Assembly: GCA_002633005.1 (NCBI GenBank)
Contig: NMRA01000154.1
Location: forward strand, 536,873 to 600,872
Direction of reading: 5' to 3'
Origin: Phoronis australis
Taxonomy: Eukaryota > Animalia > Phoronida
Length of the DNA: 64,000 nt
Part shown: positions 53,101-64,000 of the stretch, one piece after another
How positions within the stretch are numbered: the stretch's first letter is position 1
Layout of the letters: every line of letters begins with the position of its first letter
Position numbers and translations under genes: made by a program
The notes under the pieces: generated by a model
The model's input: only the letters and a program-made list of their open reading frames with translations
The model's database searches: none
What the model was told of the DNA's origin: nothing

Positions 53101-53835
53101 TGCTGCTGCCAAGCAATCATCATCACTCGAGAGATGTCGCAAAAATTTAGGAAATGGCGCGTGCGCGTGACACGAGCGTTCTGTTTTCAAAACGACGAAA
53201 TACTTTTCATTGTTAGAAAAGGCGGAGAGTTACACAAGAAAATGACGTTTATTGCATTGTTTTTCACTTAAACGGCTGTAACGGGAAAGGTGAGTGTCGA
53301 TTGACTCCCAGATTTTGCATGCACACCGTCCGGTTTTTAGCTTTACATGTTGATACAAGTTTCACGGTGCGGTGACGAGCAGAACTACCCAGGCTGTGTG
53401 CAATTTCAGGGTCTATGGAAGAAATACACACAGTGGGACCTAGCTGTATTTTGACGACAGTCTTCATACAGCTAGCTGGCTGGCTAATACTAGCAACTGA
53501 GTTAAAGAAATTTCAATCTCCCAAACAAAAACGCAAGCAACCAAACTTACTTCATAACAGAGTAACATACTAGTAACAATGTGTCTACAAATTACATGAT
53601 TCACAACAAATCATATACCCGTGTCAAACACCAGGAGATCATTTGACTCGACATTGTCGCCGTCTGCTGTTCGTGTCACTCCACCAAACACGAAAAGTTT
53701 GCCACCAACAGAACAAGCGACGTGACCGTCTCGCGGCGGGTAGGGGTTAACCGTGTTTAGAGCGTTCCAAGACACGCTGATGTCGTTATCCAGACGCTCT
53801 CCATATTTAACTGCACCACTCTGTTCATTGCCCAT
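47051..53835 (-). CDS. Kelch-repeat (six-blade beta-propeller) protein, KLHDC/RABEPK-like, 8 exons, about 413 aa
   Basis: Exons joined in phase (total 1242 nt); repeated PxPR...(V/L)FGG...ND...FDT...W Kelch motifs; no BTB domain seen. Confidence 0.9.
47464..47589 (-). mobile_element. Decayed MITE related to 3260-3415
   Basis: Reverse strand reads CAGGGACGGATCCAGGATTTTGAGTTG, matching the left end of the 3260 element. Confidence 0.5.
47722..47895 (-). CDS. Kelch gene exon 7
   Basis: LEWLQPKTSG...HTATVVGDQLVVFGGSG...GDLFTVST. Confidence 0.92.
48565..48720 (-). CDS. Kelch gene exon 6
   Basis: PEPRSFHTATSVGGRVVILGGR...NDFHIFDT. Confidence 0.93.
49351..49503 (-). CDS. Kelch gene exon 5
   Basis: TWTQP...PTPRAAFGMCAVNDKLVIFGGRD...NDLHIFDT. 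Confidence 0.93.
49836..49944 (-). CDS. Kelch gene exon 4 (acidic insert)
   Basis: IDDISGGNTEDDDYEDEGDQEGAEFGWFNELFVLDT. Confidence 0.9.
50457..50587 (-). CDS. Kelch gene exon 3
   Basis: HWSPVETQGRGPSPRDKLRSAVVGSNIYVFGGFGP. Confidence 0.92.
50759..50970. repeat. 41-bp minisatellite x5
   Basis: AACAATGCTTGTAAATAATAATT(C/T)TTGTAATAGAGTATCAT. Confidence 0.95.
51291..51443 (-). CDS. Kelch gene exon 2
   Basis: TGSWSKVEVKGEVPAPRSSATMSAVGSNLFLFGGL...DVYMFDT. Confidence 0.92.
53619..53835 (-). CDS. Kelch gene exon 1
   Basis: MGNEQS...PPRDGHVACSVGGKLFVFGG...NDLLVFDT. Confidence 0.9.
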
Positions 53836-55339
53836 TGTTTTTCCAGTGGAGGAGACAAATTCTCGAAATCTATGCTGTGTCACAACAAAATTGATGTTTT
53901 CCCGCAATATTATTTCCCGCGTTTTGTTGCATGTCGGTAGTTAATCTACATAAATTTTTACTAAAATTTTCCAGACTATGAAAAGAATCTTGCAAAGAAT
54001 ATTTAAAAGAGACCAACCAAAGTAAATAAAAAAATAATATTTTTGACTTATACCTTAAACTTAAAGTTTTACGTTTCCGTAAATTTCTTGGATTCTTTTA
54101 CGGAAATTACCGAGCGTACATGTTTTGATCGGAAAGTTGATGGAGAACGGATAGGTACGTTGCTATTTTTGTTCGTTTTAATTTCCCAATTCATGAATTA
54201 GGATGGGCCTTTTATTTCAGTTAAAAGGCATCCGTATCATAATTTATATCTGAGGAATCAGATTACTCATTGCCTGTGACGATCAACTTAAAGATTTATA
54301 ACAGAAATCGTGAAAATTTGAGGTAATTCCTTTCTGCGTAAAAACATGGTTGATGAATCATGTTGCGGCCTGACCTCATTTGCGGTTGGGACATAACAGC
54401 TCACTCGTGTTTACAAACCATCTGTTTGCGGTTTACATGAGGAAGTGTTATTTAGTTTGGTCGTTGATTACCCCGTCTTATATCACCATCACACTTGAAT
54501 GTGATGCGAAATAATTTATTCTGGCCATTTAAGCAACATTTCACTGATTACAGACAATCGTTACAAGACAAAGTCGTCGTGTCTTTGTTAAACAATGTTT
54601 TTGTTCTCTGTGCTTTGCCTGGTCTTTGATTCTTATCACCCTCACCTGGAGTTGGTACCTACATGTCCAAAAGGAAAGAAACAAACATTTTTGTATCATC
54701 AAAGATTTCAGATATCTTCAGATGCGAATAATTTTCTTGTCTGGGTGTTATAAAAATTCCTAACTTACATTTTCTTCAATATTCCAATGTTGGGAATAAT
54801 GAAACACTGGATAATGAAACATGGAAATATGGATAACATCAGAGTGTGCTAACAGATACTTCTCAACTTTCTATGTTTGAAGTGTACGGTGATTGTTTAC
54901 AATATGACGACATTGACTTACACAAATGATTTTGGTATCGTGCGATTCCTCTCAACGTTATCTTTCCAAAAATATATGAATGTTTTCCCTACCGCGATTC
55001 CTCCGTATTTTATTGTCGAATTTCGGGTCGCACTATTTCCCGATTGACACCGCCATGTTAGCTCAACTCAAGATTACAGCGACTCCTGTTGTTAATGAAT
55101 GAAACAGCATCATTGGTTCTGAATGGTGTTTGCCCGCTCAAGATTCCCGCTAGTTTTCCCGACATAATTTGGAGGAACAAGCAGCGGCATTTCACCTTTT
55201 CCAATTTTTTATAATTGTGACTATTTGACCATTTTTCCACGAAAATTGTTTGAAGTGAAACCCTGTTCACCAATTGGGACCTCAAGAACAACCTCCTCTT
55301 TTTCGCGGATTCTTGCTAGCAGATGCGTACCAGGGTCAC

Positions 55340-56134
55340 CAGAGCTCGACATAACGAGCTGCAGGTCGCATTTGCGACCTGAAATTTGGAAATGCGAGCT
55401 GAGATTTTTGTCAGCTCGTATCAAGTCGCAAAATGCGACCTGAAATTTCCAACGAATGCGAGCTGAGTGTTTGCACTTCTCGGCAAATATGAAGCAATTC
55501 TTTTGTTAATCCGACCGTTATTTGGTTGTTGCCAAATCCAAGTTCAAAAGAACACTAACCGAGAACAGCCCTCCGAGTGATTTGTAAGCTAGTTGCGTGA
55601 ACATGGGATATGCAGAATCGATCTTTGATACGTCTGATTGGCTAACATTTTCGGCCACTTTTGCAAATTTCCGGATTCGCCGAACAAGTTTCGGGCAACT
55701 GCATAACAAGCTGGTCACTAGACCTATCAAAATCCCAGATACTTTTTCAACGGACATTTTCTCCCTTTTCACATCGCAAACTTAGCTACTCGAATGCACA
55801 TGTCAGCTAGAGAGCACTGATTCAACTTTCACGTCGGCAACTTGCCTTGCGCTTTAGAGCCTTTCAATGGCGGTCGTGAAGAACAGTAACACCGTACCTG
55901 CATGAAGTAACTCAATTTTGCGATCTGAAATTTGTGAGTATTTACTGCTGCAGGTAACAGCATAATCTAAACATTTTCTCGATGATCTAAAAAAATCAAT
56001 TTTGGCGCGTAAAAATGTCGGGAAATTTTTGCGACCTGGCATTTATGAATGCGAGCTGGATTTTGAAAATACGACCTGGGATTTTGGCTGGGTCGCAAAA
56101 TGAGACCTGGTGATTTTAATAGCGTCGAGCCCTG
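55340..56134. mobile_element. ~800-bp non-autonomous hAT-like DNA transposon
   Basis: TIRs CAGAGCTCGAC / GTCGAGCCCTG; many subterminal GGTCGC/GCGACC motifs at both ends; no clear TSD. Confidence 0.6.
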
Positions 56135-57022
56135 CAGTGCAAATCGCTGGAAAATTTCTGGGCAAGATTGGTATCTTATTTTCACCACACCTCTATTACG
56201 GTGTTCTCCTGTTGCATCTAACTTGTTCGGTTGTGTAGCACAACAACAAGTTGAGCGGATGACCCTTGTAGCCAATATCTTACATGGCTGATTAGGTCCA
56301 TTCTGGCATTTATGATTCACACTGATTGATGGAGGGTCAGCTCAGCCTGTTCAATAATTGCTCTAATCTCGTCTATCTAGCCTGACTGGGCTGTGCTATT
56401 AAAAATAAAATTTATTTCATAAAATGTTTGAACATGAACCAAAAACATTTCTGACTTCTTCATCAAATACTGATCACGTTTAGTTTTTGAATCACCAAAA
56501 TTACCCAACTACAACCGAAGTTAAAATCTATTCCTGTTCGAACTTAACACACTGAGTTTGACTGTGTTCACAGGTAGTTGGTAATAAGTCTGGTACATAA
56601 TTGGCATGCATGTTGTCATTCAAAACAAAATACTGTGCTGGGCAGTTAACAAAGGAGTAGATGTTATCACAACTCCTCTATGTCTACTGAAAGGGAGAAT
56701 GCCCTGCACTGGAGTCAGAAACTTTTACTTTTAGGCAGTGCTAAGCTTACATGGACTGGGTGATTAGCAGAAGCTATCAAGCACTAATCTTCATTTAGAC
56801 CACAAAGATTTTGAGAAATAAGGGCATTCACAACAATGTTGTCTCATGCATGTAAAATGAAAAAAGGATACTTTTACTAATTATTTTTGTCGGAAATTGA
56901 TGAGATTTTAGTGTTTACGATAGTTACACGTGTATTTGGTGTACTTTTTGTTACACAGCTTGAGGTTCAGCTGTGAAGCAAAGTGTCAATAAGAAACATA
57001 ACGGACAAGCAGGTTAAAATAC

Positions 57023-57062
57023 TTGCTTTATTTCGAGACCACATGTCTCATCTTCAGGCAAT
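57023..57062 (-). ncRNA. Decayed hammerhead-like motif
   Basis: UUGC-CUGAAGA-U-GAGAC augug GUCUC-GAAA-UAAA-GCAA: core and stems I/II good, U16.1 replaced by A. Confidence 0.5.
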
Positions 57063-57194
57063 ATGTAAAATGAAGATAGGAGACTGTACAATAAGTAGGA
57101 ACTAGTATTTATCAGGCTATAATAAAAAGGTGCAGTCATGTCTTCACTCAAGTTTGTGTCAAAACATTTGTGTCAGTGAAGGACTGCTATCGTA

Positions 57195-57533
57195 CTACAC
57201 ATGATATACATGTATAGTATGTCTGGCAGCTGTCTATGTATCTTTGTCTGTCAGTACATGATCTCTACATGAAATACATTTGTATAGTATGTCTGGCAGC
57301 TGTCTATGTATCTTTGTCTGTCTGTCAGTACATGATCTCTACATGAAATACATTTGTATAGTATGTCTGGCAGCTGTCTATGTATCTTTGTCTGTCTGTC
57401 AGTACATGATCTCTACATGAAATACATTTGTATAGTATGTCTGGCAGCTGTCTATGTATCTTTGTCTGTCTGTCAGTACATGATCTCTACATGAAATACA
57501 TTTGTATAGTATGTCTGGCAGCTGTCTATGTAT
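57195..57533. repeat. 74-bp minisatellite running into the gap
   Basis: ACATGATCTCTACATGAAATAC...TGTCTGTCAGT. Confidence 0.95.
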
Positions 57534-58411
57534 NNNNNNNNNNNNNNNNNNNNNNNNNNNNNNNNNNNNNNNNNNNNNNNNNNNNNNNNNNNNNNNNNNN
57601 NNNNNNNNNNNNNNNNNNNNNNNNNNNNNNNNNNNNNNNNNNNNNNNNNNNNNNNNNNNNNNNNNNNNNNNNNNNNNNNNNNNNNNNNNNNNNNNNNNNN
57701 NNNNNNNNNNNNNNNNNNNNNNNNNNNNNNNNNNNNNNNNNNNNNNNNNNNNNNNNNNNNNNNNNNNNNNNNNNNNNNNNNNNNNNNNNNNNNNNNNNNN
57801 NNNNNNNNNNNNNNNNNNNNNNNNNNNNNNNNNNNNNNNNNNNNNNNNNNNNNNNNNNNNNNNNNNNNNNNNNNNNNNNNNNNNNNNNNNNNNNNNNNNN
57901 NNNNNNNNNNNNNNNNNNNNNNNNNNNNNNNNNNNNNNNNNNNNNNNNNNNNNNNNNNNNNNNNNNNNNNNNNNNNNNNNNNNNNNNNNNNNNNNNNNNN
58001 NNNNNNNNNNNNNNNNNNNNNNNNNNNNNNNNNNNNNNNNNNNNNNNNNNNNNNNNNNNNNNNNNNNNNNNNNNNNNNNNNNNNNNNNNNNNNNNNNNNN
58101 NNNNNNNNNNNNNNNNNNNNNNNNNNNNNNNNNNNNNNNNNNNNNNNNNNNNNNNNNNNNNNNNNNNNNNNNNNNNNNNNNNNNNNNNNNNNNNNNNNNN
58201 NNNNNNNNNNNNNNNNNNNNNNNNNNNNNNNNNNNNNNNNNNNNNNNNNNNNNNNNNNNNNNNNNNNNNNNNNNNNNNNNNNNNNNNNNNNNNNNNNNNN
58301 NNNNNNNNNNNNNNNNNNNNNNNNNNNNNNNNNNNNNNNNNNNNNNNNNNNNNNNNNNNNNNNNNNNNNNNNNNNNNNNNNNNNNNNNNNNNNNNNNNNN
58401 NNNNNNNNNNN

Positions 58412-58547
58412 CTATATTTTTAAACTGGTTGCGGGATTTTTAAACAGGACGCTGGATTTTTAAACAGGACGCGGGACATTTAAACAGGACGCGCGCTCGG
58501 CCAAACAGGACGCTGCGACACGTTCAAAGTGGTCGTGGAGAACACTG
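58412..58547. mobile_element. Terminus of a hAT-like element emerging from the gap
   Basis: Four subterminal AAACAGGACGC repeats, then GGAGAACACTG (reverse complement CAGTGTTCTCC). Confidence 0.45.
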
Positions 58548-58969
58548 ATGTTGTTTTTGACTTTCATTTTTCCATGCTAACAGTTGGAGTATGAGCCTCA
58601 GGTTTTCGTCTTGAATTTTTTTCATTAGCATTGGAATTAAAATTTTTGTTGGAAGTAAATGTGTATGTATTTCAGGCTTTCTAGATAATCTATGGATCGA
58701 TTTTCATTTTTTGTGTAATTTTGTATCGTAATTATAAGAATTTAAAATAATTTTATTGGTCTCCCTCAGTGCAACAAATCAAGAATAAGCCCCTGCCACT
58801 CAGGCTGTAAATTTTTCATCATTATCGTTATTTTAATTTTAAAAAATATTTCTTGTTGCATCTAATTGCCTTCATTGTTGTTGCTGAAATAGATGTCGGG
58901 TACTGCTTAAGATGAGTGCGTTTTTCCAACACGACACAGTAACTTTCGATCTGTTAAGATTGAAATGTG

Positions 58970-59024
58970 TATTTAGGGCCATAAAATTTTCCTAATTTTT
59001 TGTCATGGGTCATTCCAAGCCCTG
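58970..59024. mobile_element. Right end of a third CAGGGCTTGGAAT-family copy
   Basis: Matches 38833-38884 and ends GGTCATTCCAAGCCCTG; left end not located. Confidence 0.55.
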
Positions 59025-59593
59025 ATAGTGAACAAAATTTGCATAACACACCTGAACAACATTGTCACTTGATCATTTGACTTCCAGTCGTGTTTATCTG
59101 GAGTGATCGTGTTTTTGTTGTACATGTTTCGGGGTTTTGCTTATTTCTGTTCAACCGGTCTCATCCACCTATTTTTATGTTTTTTGTTATTAAGTGCGCA
59201 GTCGCATGTCAGGATTTTTCAGTTATTTTTTAAGTTATTTAATGACCATTAAAGTTAAAAGAATTGCTGGCACTTTCATTCCTAAAATGCCGAGGGAACT
59301 ATACAAAACAGGAAATCGATCTTTAGGCCTTAGGAAGTTGTTAGACTTTGACCATCTTACTACACAACATACACTTGATAGTTTACGTCATCCTAATACT
59401 GAATTATTCTGGTAGGTGGTGCTGAATCTTGGTCTGCAAAATACATTTGCCATCTCACTTCACAGCTTTTTTCAATATGTTGAGTTGTTACCATGGAAAC
59501 TGGCTTCCTAGTTCAACTCTGACTAGAAGTGATGTTAGTTTCACCATTAGTTGAAGTGTTTTTATTATTTTTCAGGACTTCCCACAATGCACC

Positions 59594-61219
59594 ATGACCT
59601 ACTACAATTTGAGGTCACGAGGATCTAGTCATGGTGCTAATGTGGTGCTGGTGGATGATTATCTGCGTGAATGGCGCCAGGCACAGAGGGACTATGTTCC
59701 ACCTCGACATCGTGCAACACCAACGAGAACAAAGTCCATACCGAAACAGTTGAAACTCAATGGAAGTGCTAGTGCTTGTCGCGTGGGCAACTCCGGTGGT
59801 GTCTGTAATGTAAGGGATGAGTCGGCGGAGATGGTATCAGCCGATAGACCGGCTAGGACTCGATGCGTCAGTGAAAATTTTCACGCTGTTAACAGTCAGC
59901 GTCGGGCACGTAGCATGGGTATAAGTGTGGATCAAAGTAGTCATGCGGGTGTAAACACCCTCCGTAGTCGCTCAGGATCTAAATCAAAACTAAGGCGAGC
60001 TCACCTTGACATAGACATGCTGAGTGAAAGTTTCAGTGCTCACGCCAAGATAAAGAAGTTGGACACTTCTAAGAAGAGAGATGCTCGCTCCGTGCTTCCC
60101 GTCGTTGCCAATGGTAAGGATGTGAATGAAGTGGACGGTTACTCAGGGATGGAACTGGACGATGCTGGCTCCGATCAGTATTTGATCACTAGTTACCATT
60201 TTTTGATGCTGCCAGTAGATTGTAAATTGAAAATATTCTCCTACCTCAGTGCTGGTGAGAAGGGCTTGGCCAGCTTAGTGTGTCAGGACTGGAACCAGTT
60301 GATGAAAGAACCAACCTTGTGGTCAACCATTGACTTTACACAGTTTCAGTTATGTCGGAAACGACATGATTGCGGGAATGTGTGCTATGAGGCATATAAA
60401 ACTAGGATCCAGGCTTTTGTTACGAGACTGCGCAAAATCCGACCGGTTATAAAGCGATTTGCTTTCCATTATGATATAGGTAATGTGCAGGACGGGTGGC
60501 TCGACTGCATGGAGGATGTCATAGTTAACTCCAACTGTCGTGAGCTCACGTACGCGCATCTTGACTGGAAGGAGACACCTGTCAGACCATTTTGGAAGGA
60601 CTGCATCACATGGTCTAACTCCCAGTACAAGGATATGTTGTACTCAGCGCGCAGACGGCAGCGAAAGTTTGCCAGGTTCTTTGAGAATGTCGTAAGCAAA
60701 GCACCCAACATCACGCATTTGATCATGCCGTTTGATTGGTCGTATCGTTCCGTTAGCTACGTCTCAAGGCTCTCCAAATTGAAGGTACTTGTGCTAGAGA
60801 AGTACATGTTTTTTCAGAGCCCACCTCTAAATCATTTGGAAGACTTGCTAAGAAGTTGTAGCCAACTAGAGAAATTAGTCCTTGAAGTTTGGTCAGGAAG
60901 TGCTAAAGGAATGTATTTGTATCGCTTGTCGTCCCAGTCGTTGAAACACCTAGACATATCGCAGTGTCGTGGATTCTATCTTCAAACTCTTGACTTACCA
61001 AATCTTGAGACGTTCAAGTGTGACCCTCGCCCCTTACACGGACCATTGTCCTCACCCGACACACTCAAGCTACCCTGTATCTACGACTTGCTGGTTAGCG
61101 GGGCTCCCAATTTAAAGCGACTCAACGATCATAGGTTGCACGTCGATTGGCGCCACCTAGTGAACAATGAGTTACTGGCGGTGTTGAGGAAGAATTGTTG
61201 GTGTAATGCACATAGATAG
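59594..61219 (+). CDS. F-box protein with C-terminal LRR-like region, single coding exon (541 aa)
   Basis: 1.6-kb ORF; F-box motif FLMLPVDCKLKIFSYL...SLVCQDWNQL...LWSTID; LxxLxL repeats (LSKLKVLVL, LEKLVL, LKHLDIS, LPNLETF); acceptor ttttcag at 59575 just upstream implies a 5'UTR intron. Confidence 0.88.
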   Translation: MTYYNLRSRGSSHGANVVLVDDYLREWRQAQRDYVPPRHRATPTRTKSIPKQLKLNGSASACRVGNSGGVCNVRDESAEMVSADRPARTRCVSENFHAVNSQRRARSMGISVDQSSHAGVNTLRSRSGSKSKLRRAHLDIDMLSESFSAHAKIKKLDTSKKRDARSVLPVVANGKDVNEVDGYSGMELDDAGSDQYLITSYHFLMLPVDCKLKIFSYLSAGEKGLASLVCQDWNQLMKEPTLWSTIDFTQFQLCRKRHDCGNVCYEAYKTRIQAFVTRLRKIRPVIKRFAFHYDIGNVQDGWLDCMEDVIVNSNCRELTYAHLDWKETPVRPFWKDCITWSNSQYKDMLYSARRRQRKFARFFENVVSKAPNITHLIMPFDWSYRSVSYVSRLSKLKVLVLEKYMFFQSPPLNHLEDLLRSCSQLEKLVLEVWSGSAKGMYLYRLSSQSLKHLDISQCRGFYLQTLDLPNLETFKCDPRPLHGPLSSPDTLKLPCIYDLLVSGAPNLKRLNDHRLHVDWRHLVNNELLAVLRKNCWCNAHR

Positions 61220-61256
61220 GGTTGTGGACCTGTATTGGGGTTTGGTACAGTGTCTT

Positions 61257-61582
61257 ATGTACACTCCCTGTGTATGTACACTCCCTGTGTATGTACACTC
61301 CCTGTGTATGTACACTCCCTGTGTATGTACACTCCCTGTGTATGTACACTCCCATGTACGTACACTCCCTGTGTACGTACACTCCCTGTGTACGTACACT
61401 CCCTGTGTACGTACACTCCCTGTGTACGTANCCCGTGTACGTACACTCCCCGTGTACGTACACTCCCCGTGTACGTACACTCCCCGTGTACGTACACTCC
61501 CCGTGTACGTACACTCCCCGTGTACGTACACTCCCCGTGTACGTACACTCCCCGTGTACGTACACTCCCCGTGTACGTACAC
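61257..61582. repeat. 17-bp minisatellite, about 19 copies, just after the F-box stop
   Basis: TACACTCCC(T/C)GTGTA(T/C)G; accounts for the spurious repetitive ORFs here. Confidence 0.96.
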
Positions 61583-63086
61583 CACTTCTTTTGATCTAGA
61601 CAGCTCTTATTGTATCTTATGCTTCTGCTCCTGTTTCCAGTGTAACCTTACTCCTCCCATTCTATGACGGACAGCCGTCACTCAAGGCCTAGGCCATGAC
61701 TATTCTATTCTACTCTCTTTATGCAATGTACATTTTTATTTCTGAGATGTGCCAAGATTTTGTTGGTGGATCCTTAGACATTGGAGGAATTCAGCTGTAG
61801 CCTTCAGTACACAATGTTATATCCGGTACAACTCCACCGGTTAGCAGAATACGTTGAGTCTGTTTTACCACTGCTTGAGCTGACAAACCTGCCTATAAAT
61901 CCTGTGTCACTTAATCTGGTTAAAAAGCCTTTGCCGTTTGCTAGTACAAATAGTATTTCCCAATTTCAGTAAACATAGTGCAACAGATTTAGTTATCAGG
62001 TTCAGCCTGTTTACACCGAATTCTTGATATGTCTGGGTTTCCTGAGGAACATTTACTTTGCTAAAGTCTTTTGTAAAAACATTTTGGGTTTTGGACTCGC
62101 ATTGCCACCGCGCTGTCATTCAGTCATGGGCTGTTAACCCTCGGTATGTTGTATTTGGTTTCACTTTACCAAAAGCAACTACAAGGAATTAAGTCTTCAG
62201 ATGAAAAGTGATTATTTATTGAAATATGTTAAGTGTGACAGTCTTATAAAACATGCAACTGAAAAAATCTCGACATTTTTTGCACATTTAGTTGTAATGT
62301 TATTTACCTACTCCATTGTGCATATATCTTCTTACAGCCTTGACTGTATGCCAGTAATGCTTACGTTGTCTCTTCAACCAATTTTTGAGACGATTGTTTC
62401 AGGCACTCATTCAATTCTGTGTTGTTTTTTATGATACAAGTCGCATATGCTCAGTTTTGAGCACACTGTATGTTGAAACAGACTCGATATCAGTGCTCTA
62501 AACTTCAACTGTAACTTTATAATCTGGAAAATTGACTTGATGCAAGGAATGTAGGTTCTAATGCCAGTGCTGAGTTTAGTTAACAGTTAAAGGCTGCTCG
62601 CTTTTATCTGAGCAACGTGTAAATTGATTTATCCAATTTCTGAGCTGAAGTTGTTACATGCCATGCTATGTAAGCATTTTTACGCTTTGTGTCCATTTTA
62701 TTATTGCCTGGTGATAAGGACAGGCGTATCAAGCACAGTGTGTATATGCATTGTAGTAATGGTTAAAACTCTTCCTTCTCAGAAAGGTAGAAATCCTTCA
62801 TTTCAAGCACTACCAGCAGCTTAATTCTACGACAGGATAACGGTGTTCATTTCAAACGCTGGTTTAATTCTACCACTTGGTAACAGTGTTCATTTCGTTT
62901 TGTCTGCATGTGTTTAGCTTGTAAAGAATCAAGTGAATATTTCAATAACGGTTTTATGTTAATTTGAATGTCTCATGTTGAGGATCTCTCGCTATATTGC
63001 AGTCCAGATAACTGTGGCAACGTGAATCAAACTATGCAGAATTACACTGCTTATGTGATGGTGCTTTCTGTGTGGTTTGTATATTA

Positions 63087-63160
63087 TAGGAGTCTGTAGG
63101 GGCTGGTGATAGGAGTCTGTAGGGGCTGGTGATAGGAGTCTGTAGGGGCTGGTGATAGGA
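63087..63160. repeat. 23-bp x3 tandem repeat
   Basis: ATAGGAGTCTGTAGGGGCTGGTG. Confidence 0.9.
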
Positions 63161-63232
63161 GACTGGTGTCTGGCAGAAACTGATCTTTTTAAGAAAAAGT
63201 GGTTTTGTCTGTGCCATAAAATTGTGTCCACC

Positions 63233-63425
63233 ACCCATCATGAATTGATGCATATTTCCCACTACAGCCAGCAGTCAGCACCAGTCTTGTGAAATTGCGC
63301 ACCTTTCCTACTACAGCCAGGTGTCAGCACCAGTTATGTATCCCATCATGAAATGATGCACATTTCCCACTATAGCCAGCTGTCAGCACCAGTCTCGTGA
63401 AATTGTTCACCTTTCCCACTACTCA
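63233..63425. repeat. Degenerate ~110-bp duplication
   Basis: CCCATCATGAA..GATGCA.ATTTCCCACTA.AGCCAG twice. Confidence 0.75.
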
Positions 63426-64000
63426 ACTCCTGGGGAGGGTGCGTGCTTGTTGAACATCAGAGATCTGCTGTGCTGTAGGTTTTGTATCTTCCTTATGTTA
63501 GGGGGTTCACCTCGTCTTGACCACAGCGATGGATTTATGTTGAAATTTTTACCCGAATGTTTTCGTACTCCTCTGCAGTCTGATGGACCCTCATGTCATA
63601 GATCTGCCTTATATAGCGTGCCACATCACACTAACTGCTGTAAGGAAGTGTCCTATCCCTGCGTGTCAACTTTAACCAACACAAGGTCAGCCACTTGTTC
63701 TATATGAGCTCACGGTTTATTATACACTAGTGACACCTGGTTGAAACTATAGTGCTAACATAACCAGGGTTCATTGTTTGTTTTGTCTAGATTTTATTCT
63801 GCTTTTAGTTCTGAAGTGTTTTACTCCTAGTTAGTGCTTGTGTTAAAATCTATGTACATGTTAAAATATTTTGTATGTGAATTATACTATTATTTTAATC
63901 ACTTGTTTCTTGTCATTGTCAGTGTTGATTTGTCAATTTAGATTCAGGGGGTGGTGCTCCTCTTTGTGGCGAATAAAATTAAGGGTATTACCCCCCCCCC

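Noticed and set aside
61122-61667. Several repetitive ORFs on both strands
   Set aside because: Translations of the 17-bp tandem repeat.

Overview
Intron-rich, AT-rich animal genomic DNA, probably from a highly heterozygous invertebrate draft assembly (three N-gaps, several single-n joins). Three protein-coding genes can be reconstructed by hand. (1) A complete 26-exon long-tailed class I myosin (MYO1E/F type, about 1090 aa) on + from 17198 to 43523, with one U12-type minor intron. (2) A convergent 8-exon, six-blade Kelch-repeat gene (about 413 aa, N-terminal MGNEQS) on - from 53835 to 47051. (3) An F-box/LRR-like gene on + (59594-61219) whose CDS is a single exon. The first ~19.4 kb consists of near-identical duplicated blocks, most likely two haplotypes assembled in tandem; comparing them exposes polymorphic insertions. 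The most interesting non-genic signal is a 425-bp Penelope-like retroelement in myosin intron 4. It has a 12-bp TSD, a GIY-YIG C-terminal remnant and inverted terminal repeats that each carry a minimal hammerhead ribozyme; the antisense copy looks intact and the sense copy is damaged. Two further decayed hammerheads lie elsewhere. Other notable features are a 69-bp tandem array that duplicates a myosin splice acceptor with every decoy copy carrying an in-frame stop, other minisatellites built from or abutting splice sites, and several MITEs. All coordinates were read by eye; no database searches were run.
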